Origin: Gracilinanus agilis
Taxonomy: Eukaryota
Reading direction: 5' to 3'
NCBI RefSeq assembly: GCF_016433145.1
Contig: NC_058135.1
Location: 272,957,222 to 273,021,221 of the forward strand
DNA length: 64,000 nucleotides
The position numbers and the translations under genes are program-made. Position 1 is the stretch's first letter. Each line of letters begins with the position of its first letter. This document shows positions 36,426-49,443 of the stretch, piece by piece. A model generated the notes under the pieces. It did no database searches. It was given only the letters and a program-made list of their open reading frames with translations, and was not told the DNA's origin.

Positions 36426-36930
36426 ATCATTAATTTGGGGTCATATGTGAAGTCACTGCCAATTTTTACCAACACTTCTTCTCTGAAGTTCTAGTTCAGT
36501 GATACACTGTGTGATGAAATAAATGCAGTCAAAAATTTAAAATTACTCTCAATGTATGAAAGATCATAGAACACATTGATGTATTCTTGGGAGAGACTTC
36601 AGAGGCCGTCTAAGTTCAATTCCTCAATTTTGCATGAAGAAACCGAGACCCAGACGCTGATTCACCCAAAGTCATTTAGGAAGCCTGTAGAAAAGGAGTA
36701 TCCTAGTCCTTTCCAGTTCCTTTTGGAAAATTGCTATTGTGGGAAATACCCATGACTCCAAAAACAAAAAAAGAGGTTACACCCCCTCTATAATTTAGTA
36801 GGGGGATATCTAAAGGTCACACAGTTGGTAATATGAGAAGGATTTGAACATAGGTCTTCCTGAATCTTATGCTACATTGTCTCTTTTCAAAATTAATAAA
36901 CAAAGAAAACTGATATATCTGATCAACTTT

Positions 36931-37125
36931 CTTTTTTTAAACCCTTGCCACCTGTTTTGGAATTGGTACTAAGTATCAGTTCTAAGACAGAAGAATGGTA
37001 GGGGTGAGGCAATTGGGCAACTTGCCCAGGGTCACATGGGTTGGAAGTATCTGAGGCAAGATTGGAACTCAGGTCCTCTTGACTGCTGGCCTTATGCTCT
37101 ATCCATTGTGCTACCTTGCTGTCCC
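36931..37125 (-). mobile_element. SINE1_Mdo-type SINE (diverged)
   Basis: Head, core and tail recognisable. Confidence 0.8.
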
Positions 37126-37814
37126 TTGATTCACTCTTTGTAGGAGAAACAGTATCTCCTGTTGGAGAAAGGAGCAATAAGTAATTATCAGTAGGAAAGA
37201 TGCTCAATAGCAGCTTTCATTTCTCACTGATATGTTCTGATGTCATAGAAAGAGACAGGACTAAGAGCCAAGCAATTTGGATTCAAATATTAGCCCTGCA
37301 ATGCACTTAGGTGACTCTGGATATTTCCCTTTCCTTCGCTGGATCTCAGTTTCTTCACCTGTAAAATGAGGAAGTTCCTTCCAGCTCTGATATCTGTGTG
37401 TCTTTGTGCCTTGACCACACTTAGCCATCAGGAAGGGAGGCGGAAAGAGGCTCCATGACAGTTTCCATGGAAACAAATTCAAACAGGGAGATGACTGAGC
37501 AGTGCCTTTCATCAACTGAATTTTGTCACCACCATAGTAACTCTTCATCTCATTTCTCTCACTCCTGTCACTGTCCAGAATGGCTGATCCTTTATAAATG
37601 TATCTGATAAACTCAGAAACTGTTAGCACTGGAAGGGAGTTTAGAACACAGATCACAGAACACCCCAGGTAGAAGACAGTATAGAACACAGAACACAGAG
37701 AGAAAAAAAACCTTAGCTGGGAGGCAAAGCCCTAGATAAGGGAGGAATTAGAATCCACTTGTCCCGAAGAAATTTAACTCACCAGGACTAGATCTAATGC
37801 ATCCCAGGTCTAGA

Positions 37815-38110
37815 GCAAACAATCCATCAATAAGCATTTAGTAAGTGATGACTGTGTGCCAAGCACTGTGCTAAATTCTGAGAATACAAAGACAAAAATA
37901 GTCCCTGGCAACTAAGAGTTTATATCCTAATTGCGGAGACAACATATACTTAAATTGGTATATGCAAGATATGTCCAGAGTAGAAAGAAGGTAATCTGAG
38001 AGGAGAAGGCTTAAGTAGCAGCAGCAGGGGGAAGTGGGAGTCTTCCTACCCAAGTTGGTATTTGAGAAGTGGCAGGTCTGATCAGATTGCTGAGAGGCTA
38101 TTGGTGATCT
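37815..38110 (-). mobile_element. L2 3' fragment
   Basis: tcaataagcattt...tgtgccaagcactgtgctaa is the reverse complement of the L2 3' end. Confidence 0.7.
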
Positions 38111-38264
38111 TCCAAAGACCAAAGGAGATCAGGGATGTAAAATTAGTCATGAATCTGACAATAAGCACATAGTTAGCATCTACAATGTGCTAGGTAATGT
38201 GCTTTGAAAAAAATTTAAGCATGATATAAATTGCACCTATTATTGTTGCTGTAATTATTATTTT

Positions 38265-38465
38265 ATTTTTAAAACCCTTACCTTTTGTCTTAGAATCAAT
38301 ACTGGATGTTGATTCTAAGGCAGAAGAGTGGTCAGGGCTAGGCAATGGAGGTTAAGTGACTTGCCCAGGGTCACATAGCTAGGAAGTGTCTGAATTCAGA
38401 TTTGAACCCAGGACCTCCTGTTTCTGGGCCTGACTCTCAATCCATTGAGCCACCCAGCTGCCCCC
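38265..38465 (-). mobile_element. SINE1_Mdo-type SINE
   Basis: Full length, with ttattatttt on both flanks. Confidence 0.9.
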
Positions 38466-38805
38466 TTTTATTATTATTTTAGAAAATGGGAGAGGTGTGA
38501 CAGGACTGGAAAAGGGCAAATGTACAAATTTTCATTAAAGAGTGAGTGGAGTGTAATCAGAAAAAACATTAACAAGTAAATTTGACTTTCATTTCTGGAA
38601 TAAATTTTCAAAGATATGATTAAGGGAAAGTTTTCTTTAAGCATTTAGAAGAGGAAGGAGCAATTGTCAAATGTCATATTTTCACAGCATTACCAGATTA
38701 ACCTTAATCAGAGGGCTGTTTTAAACATAGAATACTTAGATTTTTGTCAAAGCATTTAAAAAATCCTTTGACATTATGTGTGCGGATGAGGAGAAGAGAC
38801 TAGAT

Positions 38806-39008
38806 CAGTGATGGGCAAACTATGGCCAGGTGTGTGTGTGTGTGGGCTGAAATGTTCTATCCGGCTACTCAACATTATTCCTAATCTGAAGAATACAATG
38901 AGTAGGATACAATACAATGAAACTTTGAAAGTGTTGCCTTAGAAACAGATTGACAGATGAGCATTTCCTTTCCTTTGGCTCCCTCTTTACAAAGTTTGCC
39001 CATCACTG
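38806..39008. mobile_element. hAT MITE, family A (with an internal GT run)
   Basis: Perfect TIRs. TSD gactagat/aactagat. Confidence 0.92.
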
Positions 39009-39084
39009 AACTAGATGATAAAAAGTTAACTAGATTCAGAATCATGTGAATGGCCTGACCCAAAATGGAAATCATTATTTCCCC

Positions 39085-40750
39085 TCAAACTCTCCCCTCT
39101 TCCTAACTTCCCTATCCCCGTTTTCCTGGTCATGTAGGTTCAAAACTTAGTTGTCATTCTCAACTTCTACTCACTCGCCTTATCCAATCAGTTTTCTAGT
39201 ACTATTATTTCTACCTTCATAAAATATCTCATATTTGCCCCATTCTCACCTCTGACACTGAAATCACCCTGGAACAGGACTTCATACCAAGACTATTGCT
39301 GCAATCTGCTGATTGAGCTCCCAATATTGTCTTTCCAAACTCCAATCCATTTTCCACTCAGCAGTCAAATTGAAATTTCTAAAGCCTAAGTCTCTCTGTA
39401 TCCTTCTATTACCTCCAGGATTTGTCTTTATAACCTGCCATAGTCTGGCCTTTCTAGTCTTTTCATCCCTTGCTCCCCTCCATATAATTTTTGATCCAGT
39501 GAAACTTATTTTCTTTCTCTTTCTTTCCAGTGACTCTCCAATTCCTTTAAGAGTGTTTTTACTTCCTCTTCCTTGTGCCTAAAATGTACTCCCTCCCCAT
39601 CTTCACCTCCTAGTTTCCCTGGCTTCCTTCAAATCTTAGCTCACATTCTACTTCTTGCTAGAAACCTTCCCCAGTCCTCCTTCATCTTAGTACCTTCCCT
39701 CTCTGATCAGCTCCAAATTATCCTGTATGTATTGTTAAGGGAGAAACCAGGGAAAGGTGCCTTGAGCAGTAAATAGGGGTCCAGGTGGGTGTGAGAGACA
39801 GAAGTGACAGGAAGGGGCCCAACAAGTAGGGAGACTAAAGTTTAACAGCAAAGGGGTATCTGTTACTGAACTGGCTGTTAGGTCCAACTGCCACTCTGAA
39901 GCACCAAGACTAGGCCTATGGTAATCAGCAAAGTAAAGGCAGGAGTTTATAAGTTAAGGCAACACATTTAATCAAGGACAAACTAAGATTGAGAATGGGA
40001 ATAGGGTTGACTACACTTAAAAGCTAAGGGCAAACCACAGGGGCAGGGGAAGGACTTGACTACACTCTCCTATGATCTAAGCAAGGCAGGGCCCAAAGAA
40101 AGTTGTACTGGAGTCACAAGGGGAAAGTTCCTCTCAACCTGGTTCCAGCCAGGTTTGGTCAGCTTAGCTGAGGACCTGAAGGTGGCTTTACTTGGGATCT
40201 CACAGCTAATCCAGGGATGGTTTCAGGATGCCAGGAGTCAACGCCACCAGATCAGGTGATCCAAGGTATCCAGGTAGGGAGAGAAAGTTTGCAATGCTGT
40301 CCACCAGATCACAAACCACTTCCCTACTCAGTGCTGCTCTGCAGGTCTGACGTCCTCTGCTGTAAGCCTTCACCACTCTCAGAATCCCAGGGAATCTGGA
40401 TACAACTCCCTTAGCTCTGAGATCTCCCAGAGTCAGCAACAGTTTGTGCCAATCACCATGGAGTCCTTCTCAGGCACAAGCCACTTCCTCCTTCCCCTGC
40501 ATTCTATTCAGAATGTCCATGACCTCCAGCTAAGGCTTTTCCTAGCCTGCTTACATACCTACTTTTAAACTTATGCCTCTTACAGTATCTTATTTGTACA
40601 TAGCTGCTTGCCTGTTGTCTCCCCCTCATTTGACTGTGGGTTTCTTGAAAGCAGAGGCTGTTCTTTTGCCTTTCTTTTTTATTCCTAACACTTAGCATAG
40701 GGCCTGGAGACACAAAGGAGGTGCTTAAGCAATTTCAGATTAATGACTTA
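39085..40750 (+). mobile_element. L2 3' fragment split by a solo LTR
   Basis: ctcccctcttccta...ccaaactccaatccattttccac...cttagcatagggcctgg. Confidence 0.7.
39733..40584 (-). mobile_element. Solo LTR (ERV1-type) inserted in an L2
   Basis: TG...CA ends with a 4-bp TSD GTAT (39729-39732 / 40585-40588). The flanks rejoin into continuous L2-like sequence. Orientation is inferred from a minus-strand ATTAAA. Confidence 0.8.
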
Positions 40751-40879
40751 CCTGACTCAAAGAGCTACTATTAATGAAATAATGGCAACTTGAAGAGAAG
40801 TATCTAGTGGAGGGCCCCAGATATCTAACCTTTTTTCCCATTTAAAAAGTATTCTATTCTTACAATACATATGAAGGCA

Positions 40880-41915
40880 TGCTTGTTGGATTTACAAATG
40901 ATAAAATGCTTGATGTCTGATGAGTTCATATCTAAAAAGATGTCAACAAGCTAAATGAAGAGGTGGAATCAAAAAAGTTCACATTTAATGGATATTTATA
41001 AAATTCCACAGCTATGTTAAAAAAAGATCACATTCATAAATATAAGGTGGAGAAGACATGATTAAATAATAATTCCTATGAGAAATGGTTGAGGCTTTTA
41101 GTGCCCTACAAACTCAATGTGTGCCTCTGGAATGATATAGCCCAAAGAACAAATGCTAACCAAAGCTAATTTGAGAAACATTTTCTTCAGAATCACATTC
41201 TTCTCCAGTCGGGTCTCACATGGAATATGGTGCTGAATTTTAGCTATATTTTAAGAAATACAAAACAAACTAGCACGATTCAGAAAGGGGCAAAGAAAAA
41301 TGATACAAGTAGAGGACATATCTTTTTTTTTCTCAAACCCCTGTACTTCGGTGTATTGTCTCATAGGTGGAAGATTGGCAAGGGTGGGCAATGGGGGTCA
41401 AGTGACTTGCCCAGGGTCACACAGCTGGGAAGTGGCTGAGGTCAGGTTTGACCCCAGGACCTCCTGTCTCTAGGCCTGACTCTCACTCCACTGAGCTACC
41501 CAGCTGCCCCCTAGAGGACATATCTTACAAAGATTGGTTAAAGAAATGGGACAATTTTTGCCAAGAAAAGAAGAGTTCAAGAAAACGTGGCAAGTATCTT
41601 CTAGCTTTGGAAGGGGTCTCTTGTAAAAGAGGGATTAGATTTATTCTGTTTGACCTTATAAGGTAGAAATAGGAACAATGGGTGAAAGATGAACAGATGT
41701 AGATTTAGACTTAGGGTTTGGAAAAAATTTCCTAACCATCACAGCTGTCCAAAAATGGAATTGGCCTGCTTGGGGCAAGAGGTGAGGGAGGCATGGCATG
41801 TGCAAAATAGTGTATTTCTCTTCATATATCTTCATGTGGAAGAAAATATCAAGAGGAATTCTTATTCAGGTATGATCACTCTGGTTCATCTCTAAGATCC
41901 TGAGACTTTGTGATT
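40880..41915 (+). mobile_element. L3/CR1 3' fragment (interrupted by a SINE)
   Basis: CR1-like 3' end: aatttcctaaccatcacagctgtccaaaaatggaa and a terminal ctctaagatcc. Confidence 0.7.
41325..41511 (-). mobile_element. SINE1_Mdo-type SINE (young, short-tail variant) inside an L3
   Basis: TSD tagaggacatatctt. Confidence 0.93.
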
Positions 41916-43685
41916 TTGTGAACATGGGGAATAAAATACAAGAGTTAGAATAACCATAGATCCTAGAATGTTATAGCTGGAGGGAAAATTATAATATAGG
42001 GGAGATTTTACCTAATATGGAGCAGGAAATGATTTGTATGAATGGACAAAAGGTGTCAATAATATGTAATTTTATAAAGGAAGCTGGAACATAAAATGTG
42101 AGAGCTGGAAGAAACCTTTGGACTCTGAATATAGACACAGAGTTGGAAGGATGTTTATGGTCCATTTAATCCCACATTCTCATTTTACAGGTAAAGAAAA
42201 TGACACCCAGAGAGAAGTGATTTGTTTAAAGTGCCACAGCTAACTGATAGAATGAGGACTAGAACCCAAGTTCCTTAGCAGCTAGGTCAGTGCTCTTCAT
42301 ACTATAATATAGTTGTATTTCCTCTTGTCTCTCAATTTTTGGCAATTTCAGGTTTAGAACTCCAAAGAGAGATAGCTGAGATGCTCCTTGATTTCATGGC
42401 AGACAGATTCATGGATATAAAACATACTCTGGAAGACAGGATTCTTTTGCCCACAAAGTGAATCCAGCTAAAGAAACCTGTAGTTACCAAAGTCACTTGA
42501 CGATCTTATTCAAAGTCATAGAATATCCTGCTTGATAAAACCCCAAGCTGACAAAATGATTTCCTTAGACCATTGGCTAAAGAACTTGGAATGTATTTGT
42601 CTACAGTTCATGCCTTCTCTCTGGCCGTTATCTCCAATTTTCTCTGTATGTGTATCTTGTATGCACACAGCTAGTTCTATGTTGTCTATTAGACTGTGTA
42701 CTTGAGTGAAGGATCTGCTTCTTGTCTTTCTTTGTATCCCAGTGCCCAGAAATAGTTACATATGTACTGAAATACATGTTGCTTTGCCTTCAGGACCATG
42801 GACAAGTGGTGTGTAGCAACCCACACTCGCCATCTTGGAATGTACTCCCCACTTTACCCTACTTTCTAAATCAACTTGATTCTTAGAACTCCACCCAGTC
42901 CATGATATTTCTTACCTACCATAACACAGTAATTACCTGGATTCATAATTTCCTGTTTCTGTTGCTGAATCTTTAATCTTTTCCTGACTCCTTAATATGG
43001 GTGTTCTCCAATAGTTTGCTCTCAGCTTCCCCTGCTCTTCTGTCTCTCTCCACATTCTTTCTCTCTCAACAACCCCACCCATGGTTTCATGAAACCATGA
43101 AACCCATGGTTTCAACTACCACTTTAATGTGGTTTACTTTCAAATCTATATCTCTGCCCCTGAGTTTCAGACTCATATCTCCAGTTTCCTAGAAGGCAGC
43201 TCATTTCTTAATACTATTTATAATTGATATAGATAGCTTTGCAAACATACACAAAAATAAGCACACATTTCCATATTCACATAAAATGCATATAATATGA
43301 CAAATGATCCTAGAAGTCATATCAGTTGCCAGAATCACAGAATTTCAGAACTATAAGACCATTTAGTCCAACTCATCTTTTAAAGATAGTGAAAGAGGGA
43401 ACTAGACTCATGTGCCTGGAAAGAATTCCTTTCTCATCCCCACTGAGCTCACTTCAAAGTTCATCTGAAGAGCAACATTCTCCTTTATAAAGCCTTTCCT
43501 GTTTCCCCTATTTTTAGTACTCCTTTTCTCTTCACATTATCTTTTACTTGTTTATAACTCAAATTTCCATAGTTCTCTAATTTTTGAAAAGCACTTTCCT
43601 CTCAACAATGGTATAAGCTTAATAGAGAATTTCATCCATTTTAATGATGAACTCCTCCATCTTTAAAGTTTAAAAAGGTTAAATT

Positions 43686-43909
43686 GGGGGCAGCTGGGTA
43701 GCTCAGTGAATTGAGAGCCAGGCCTAGAGACGGGAGGTCCTAGGTTCAAATCTGACCTCAGACACTTACCAGCTGTGTGACACTGGGCAAGCCACTTCAC
43801 CCCCATTGCCTAGCCCTTACCATTTTCTGCCCTGGAGCCAATACACTGTATTGACTCCAAAATGGAAGGTAAGGGTGTTAAAATTTAAAAAACAAACAAA
43901 CAAACAAAA
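43686..43909 (+). mobile_element. SINE1_Mdo-type SINE with (CAAA)n tail
   Basis: Full-length head, core and tail. Confidence 0.92.
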
Positions 43910-45688
43910 CTTTGTCATAATGGGAAGAGATATAGAGAAAATCAGATGATGCAAAAATAAAAGGTAACAATAAAAAAAGGCAAATAATGACTCTGAAATC
44001 CAATTGAGAATTTCCATAAGGAAGAGTAACCAACAATGCCACATGATGCAGAGGGATCCAAGAGATGAATAAAGAAAAAAATATATAGATTTAGTTGTTA
44101 CAGGAGCAATGGTAAATTTTTAGGAAATGTTTCTTTAAAGTCACTGGAAGTGCAAGACTTATCTATATAGGTGGTTGAAGAGTGAGGGGAAACAAAGAAG
44201 AGGCATACTGGTTAATATTTAACAATTGATTCTCCAAAAAAAATGTACACATGACACACTTTTAAATATTAATGATCTGCATTATCATTTCTCCACAACT
44301 CTGTTAAGTCTGGCCAATTGACAAAATAGTCAATCAAGCCTTGATTGGCAGTGTTTGCTAATTTCTAAGGAGTAGATGCTCACAAGGAAAATTTTACAGC
44401 TGGCTTTCAGGAGCTGTTTTGAGAAGGCTCCAGCATATCCTTGAAATGGTGATAGAGCTTTGCAGACATTTAGCAGTGAAAGATACGAAAAAAGATAATG
44501 GTAAAATGGAGTGGGGAACCCCAAGCTTTGATTATTCATTAATTTATTCAAGGAGCCATTAGTGATGGAAAGAATCACTGATGGGAGATAGGTAGAGGAT
44601 GCGGGAAATAATGACTGGAGCAATATCTTGGAATAGGCAGGAGGGAATGTGATCAAAGTCACAAAGAGAGGACTTAGGATTAGGGAAGAGAAGTGATACT
44701 ACTTCTTCTAGGTTGGGAGGCAAAGAAAAGATGATGTGTAATAATATGGAAAAGTGACAAGAAAGAGGAGTGGGTGGGAAGAAAGAACTCATGTTAACTT
44801 TCTTCTTCTTACTAAAGTAGGAGGGGGAATCATTCATGATATATGTATAGTGGGGACAAATGAACTTGAGATATAGGAAAAGACTTAAAGAATTTCTTTA
44901 GGGACTGAGATATGGCATCAGTGCGGTTCAGTGAGAAGCAGAGTGACATCATACAGATTGAGCTGGCTTCAGCATCAGGAAGGCCTTGGTTCAAGGCCCA
45001 TATTTGACATATCCTGACTCTATTACCCTGAGAAAATTAACTTCTCAGTGTCCCCACACAACACTCTAAGATTATAGACTACAGGTTCTAATCTGCAGGT
45101 TTGGTTTAAAAAAGAGATTGAATTGGGGTACAAAGTAGAAGAATCCTTGGTCAGCAAGTGAAAAATTGATTAAGGTTCTGAATTTGGAATCAGAAAGATC
45201 AGGTTCCAATCCCATCTTTATGTTTCCTTTTTTCTTCCTGTGTGAATGAGCAAGTCATTTGATCTCCCCTCACCTTTATTTTCTTAATATACAAAATGTG
45301 TATAATAATAACAGCACACATTTAACAGAGTTGTTTTGAAGGTCAAATGAGATCATGTAAATCATGTACTTTGTGAAATGTAAATATTATATAATTAGCC
45401 TCTTATAATAATGACAGGCAGTGTGGTGTAGAGAAAAGAGAGCCAGTGTTGTGCTAGGAAGGCTTCTCTTCAATTCCTCCATTTGACATACTGGCTGCAT
45501 AACCTTGTCCTAATAAGTCCCATCCTCTCATTGATCTGGGCAATTACTTTTCTAAAAGCATAAAATGCATAGAAAGTACTAATCTTCACTGATAGTTTCC
45601 TATCTTTATGAATGTTCCCTAAATCACTGAAATCACAGGCCCAGTCATTTTCTTCTAAGCCCATTATTGTCAATAATTAGTGAAAAAG

Positions 45689-45890
45689 GTGGGCAGCTAG
45701 GTGGCTTAGTGGATTGAGAGCCAGGTCCAGAGATGGGAGGTTCTGGGTTCAAATTTGGCCTTGGACACTTCCTATTTGTGTGACCCTGGGAAAGTCACTT
45801 GACCCCCATTGCCTAGCCCTTACCACTCTTCTGCCTTGGAACCAACAAACGGTATTGATTCCAAGATGTAAGGTAAGGATTTAAAAAAAA
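45689..45890 (+). mobile_element. SINE1_Mdo-type SINE
   Basis: Near-TSD aataa(t/c)tagtgaaaaa. Inserted directly in front of a MAR1. Confidence 0.9.
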
Positions 45891-45908
45891 TAATAACTAG
45901 TGAAAAAA

Positions 45909-46140
45909 GGCAGCTAGGTGGCATGGTGGATAGAGTTTGGGGAAAGGAGTCAGGAAGACGTAAACTCAAATATGACTTCAGACATTTACTAGCCATGAGA
46001 CCCTGGGTAAATCACTTAACTTCTATTTGCCTCAGTTTCCTATTCAGCAAAATGAATTAGAGCAGAAAGTGGTAAACCACTCCAGTATCTTTGCCAAAAA
46101 AAAAACCCTGAATGGAGTGGTGAAGAGACTGAACAAAAAA
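45909..46140 (+). mobile_element. MAR1-type CORE-SINE
   Basis: ggcagctaggtggc head, core and aaaccactccagtatctttgccaa tail. Confidence 0.8.
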
Positions 46141-46529
46141 TAATTATCAGTACCAGAGGGAAAGCTGTACAGGCTGGTCCCTTTTCCTGGATCAGTTCAG
46201 TTGGGCTAAGTATGTTCTAGCACATATATATTCATGCCTTAGTAAGAGGCTAAATGCAGCAGAGAATGATGAAAGTTCAGAGACATTAACTTACTGGCAA
46301 GATTTCAATTGTCTTTAAGGTGTTTCTGGTTCCTATTCATCTCCTGTCTTTTACATCCCTGTAATTTCTTCCACTTTAAAGGGCATCAGCTGCATGGAAG
46401 GCACAGTGTCAGTGGCTCATGGAAGAGCAGTCTCCAAGTAAAATACTATTTCTTTCCCTTTCTGTTTCCAATTTAGGAAATCAAATTCTGTTGAGGATAC
46501 AGACTAGAAAGTATTAGTGAGGAAACAAG

Positions 46530-46930
46530 AGAAGTTCCCTGAGCCTTATATTACTGTATCCTTAATAGGATCCCATGCCACACTGATTGAAACTACCAGA
46601 TGGCCCCAAAGTTAGCTCCCTCTTGCTCTGAGGTCAGCAGGCATCTTGAATGGTGATTCCCTTCAAATTAAAGTGCTACATCTTGGGATAGAGAGACAGG
46701 TCCCTGGATTCCCCGGTGACTCTGGAGCTACTGGAAATGCATTGTCCCTGCCATCATTGACCAAAATAATGAGTTCCCAAGAGTTTTTATATTTGGAAGC
46801 TTTGGGCCAAGAAACAGTTCAGTTTTCTGCTGCACTGGTCAGGTGAGAAAGGCCACTGGGAAGAGGATGTGCCAAGTGTCTACTCTAGAGTTTTGGGACA
46901 CTCAGAAACCCAATTACCCTGGATGTCCTG
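46530..46930. promoter_or_regulatory. Candidate OR enhancer/promoter with paired homeodomain + O/E motifs
   Basis: TAATGA-G-TTCCCAAGAG (46767-46783), CAATTA-CCCTGG (46911-46922) and further TCCCTG half-sites, in DNA with no recognisable repeat. Confidence 0.4.
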
Positions 46931-47509
46931 TTCTAGCCCACTTTGCAGTTAAGGATGATTGTCTATTATCTTATCAGCCTCCTTTCTTATATTTTGAATC
47001 CAAGTTTAATGAAAAGTGTGTAAATGACTCCTGTCAATTCAAATAAACAAATATTTGTGAAGCATTTACCATGTATCAGGCAGTGTACAAAGGACTGAGA
47101 ATACAAAAAAGAGGAAAAGAAAAGTTTCTGCCTTCAAGAAGCTTGCATTCTGCCAGGGGATGTGGCATCTAGACAGGCAAAATGCTAAATATATACAAAA
47201 CTATAAAACTAATTCCACTATTTAGAAAGCTCTAATTAGTGGGGGTGAGGGGATCAGGAAAGGCCTCACATAAAAGGTAGAACTTGAGCTGTGATTTGAA
47301 AGAAGCTAATAATCTAAAAGGTAGATATGAGGTCAGACATTCAAAAAATGGAAGAACAACCTTTGCAGGAGATGGGAGGTTGAGTAGTATCCTCCTCCAT
47401 CAGAACATAAGCTCCATAAGAGTAGAGATTGTCCTTGTATCCTCACTGCCTAGCACATACTATTATTTTAATAAGATTTTGTTGAATGACTAATGCAGTA
47501 TCAAATATG

Positions 47510-48045
47510 TAAAACTGTAGGAAGCCAATAAGAGAATAGATAAAAATTGGAGACTCCTCTTTTGACCTTTTTTGTGATCCTTGTGATTTCTTGTTGAAAA
47601 GTATTGTGGTCTTATTGAAAAGCTTTAAGTTCCTAGCAAACCAGAATTTAAGAGGTTAACATTCTTCCCCTTTGGTCAGAAATGCAGCCAAGGCCGAAAC
47701 CTTAGTTTAGCTGGGGCATTTTCCCCTGAGAAAAGTATTCTCAGACTTGGCTTGGTCATAACAAATATAGCTGAAGGTTCAGCCTGGTTCTTATCTTTAC
47801 CTTGAAGTTTCTAAGCCTGTTGTATTGTCTATGTTAAAAATACAGCTCTGTGTAGTTGTGGGAAACTATTCTTGTGCTTTTGGGTGAAAGGGAGTTTGAA
47901 TTTCTTATATAATAAATTTGTGACTCAATGGCACTTCGGAGAAGCAGCTATGAGTTAACAGTCAAGATGGTCTCCCATTATTTCCTTATCAACTAAGCCA
48001 TCCTTATCAGATTATTGGAGATGATAAATAGATCTTGACAGAGAA
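47510..48045 (+). mobile_element. Probable solo LTR
   Basis: LTR-like composition, TG start, AATAAA at ~47911 and CA end near 48040. No clean TSD. Confidence 0.45.
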
Positions 48046-48836
48046 TCAACCTAAAACATTTGAATGGAATGTATAATGTGTAAAAGGGAGAAATGTGAAA
48101 CAAAATTGGAAAGGAAGGTAGAAGGCAGATTGTGGATAACTTTAAATGTAAGAATGAGCATTCTGTATTTTATTCTAGAAACACTGTAGATTTTTGGGTA
48201 GGAAAGTGACAAGGTTAGATCTGCATTTTTAATCTTTTTATTTGATAGTCGTGTGGAGGATAGATGAGAAAAGGAAAGATTGGAGAGACCCAAAGGAATT
48301 AGGAAGCTAAAAAATCTTTAGATAATGGAGATGGGAGACTGAAGCAGGGGGTAATAATGTGAGGGTAGACATGGAGTGGTGCAGGAAATATTGTGAACAA
48401 AAGATCAATCATACTTAAAATTAATAGGATACGACATGTTAGAAGGTCAAGTTAGGAAGTCAAATGTAATACTAAGGCTGGGGACTGGAGCTACTGAAAG
48501 GATGGTGATATCCTTAAAAGAAACAGGGAAGCTGGGCAAAGGAGTGAGGCTGGATAAGGGGTATAGTAGCCTGCCTACTGAGCAAGGTACTGGGAGCTAG
48601 AGGAAATATGAAGATTAAACAAGATATGGTCTCATTATCTAGTAATGATAACACACAAACACAAATAATTAGAATATTCAATAATATATGATAAAGACTT
48701 CAAAGGTAAAAAAAATACAGAATGCTTTATGAGGTAAGTTTAAGCTTATAAACTTCCAAATAGGGGCAGAGCCAAGAGGATGGAGAAAAGACAGAGGCTT
48801 GCCTGAGTTTCCCCAAATTCCCATCCAAACAACTTT

Positions 48837-49033
48837 TTAAATTTATTTATATTTATTTGTTTAAATAACCCTTACCTTCTGTCAATCAATATTGGGTATT
48901 GGTTCTAAGGCAGAAGAGTGGTAAGGGCTAGGTAATGGGGGTTAAGTGACTTGTTCAGGGTCACACAGCTGCCAAGTGTCTGAGGTCAAATTTGAACCCA
49001 AGACCTCCTGTCTCTGGGCCTGGCTTTCGATCC
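48837..49033 (-). mobile_element. SINE1_Mdo-type SINE, 5' truncated
   Basis: TSD aaacaacttt. Confidence 0.88.
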
Positions 49034-49114
49034 TAAACAACTTTAAAATAATGCCTCGAAATGAATTCTAGAGCCACAAAAAACATAAAAGGATGGGTGA
49101 ACAACTTTCTAGCC

Positions 49115-49443
49115 CAGTGATGGGCAACCTTTTGAACTTGGTGTGTCAAAATTTGCCAAAAAATGAGCATAACTTGGGTGGTGTGTCACTTTGAGGAAAA
49201 AACACCATAATTTCATGATATTTATAGTTTAAATAACAAAAATGTATAACTGTAATATATAATTGTATTTTAATGAACCAAAATAGGTAAATTAACACAG
49301 GTAGAATTGTCATCTATAGTGCACAGAGTGTCTACACTAACACTACAGCAAATGTTTCATCCTCAGCATGCGGCTCCATACTTCTCTTTATGAGGCAGCA
49401 TGCGGCTGCATGTCATCAGTGTGTCATAGGTTTGCCATCATCG
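49115..49443. mobile_element. hAT MITE, family B (hAT1-like)
   Basis: Same body as 16211 with a small internal deletion. Perfect TSD ttctagcc. Confidence 0.9.
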
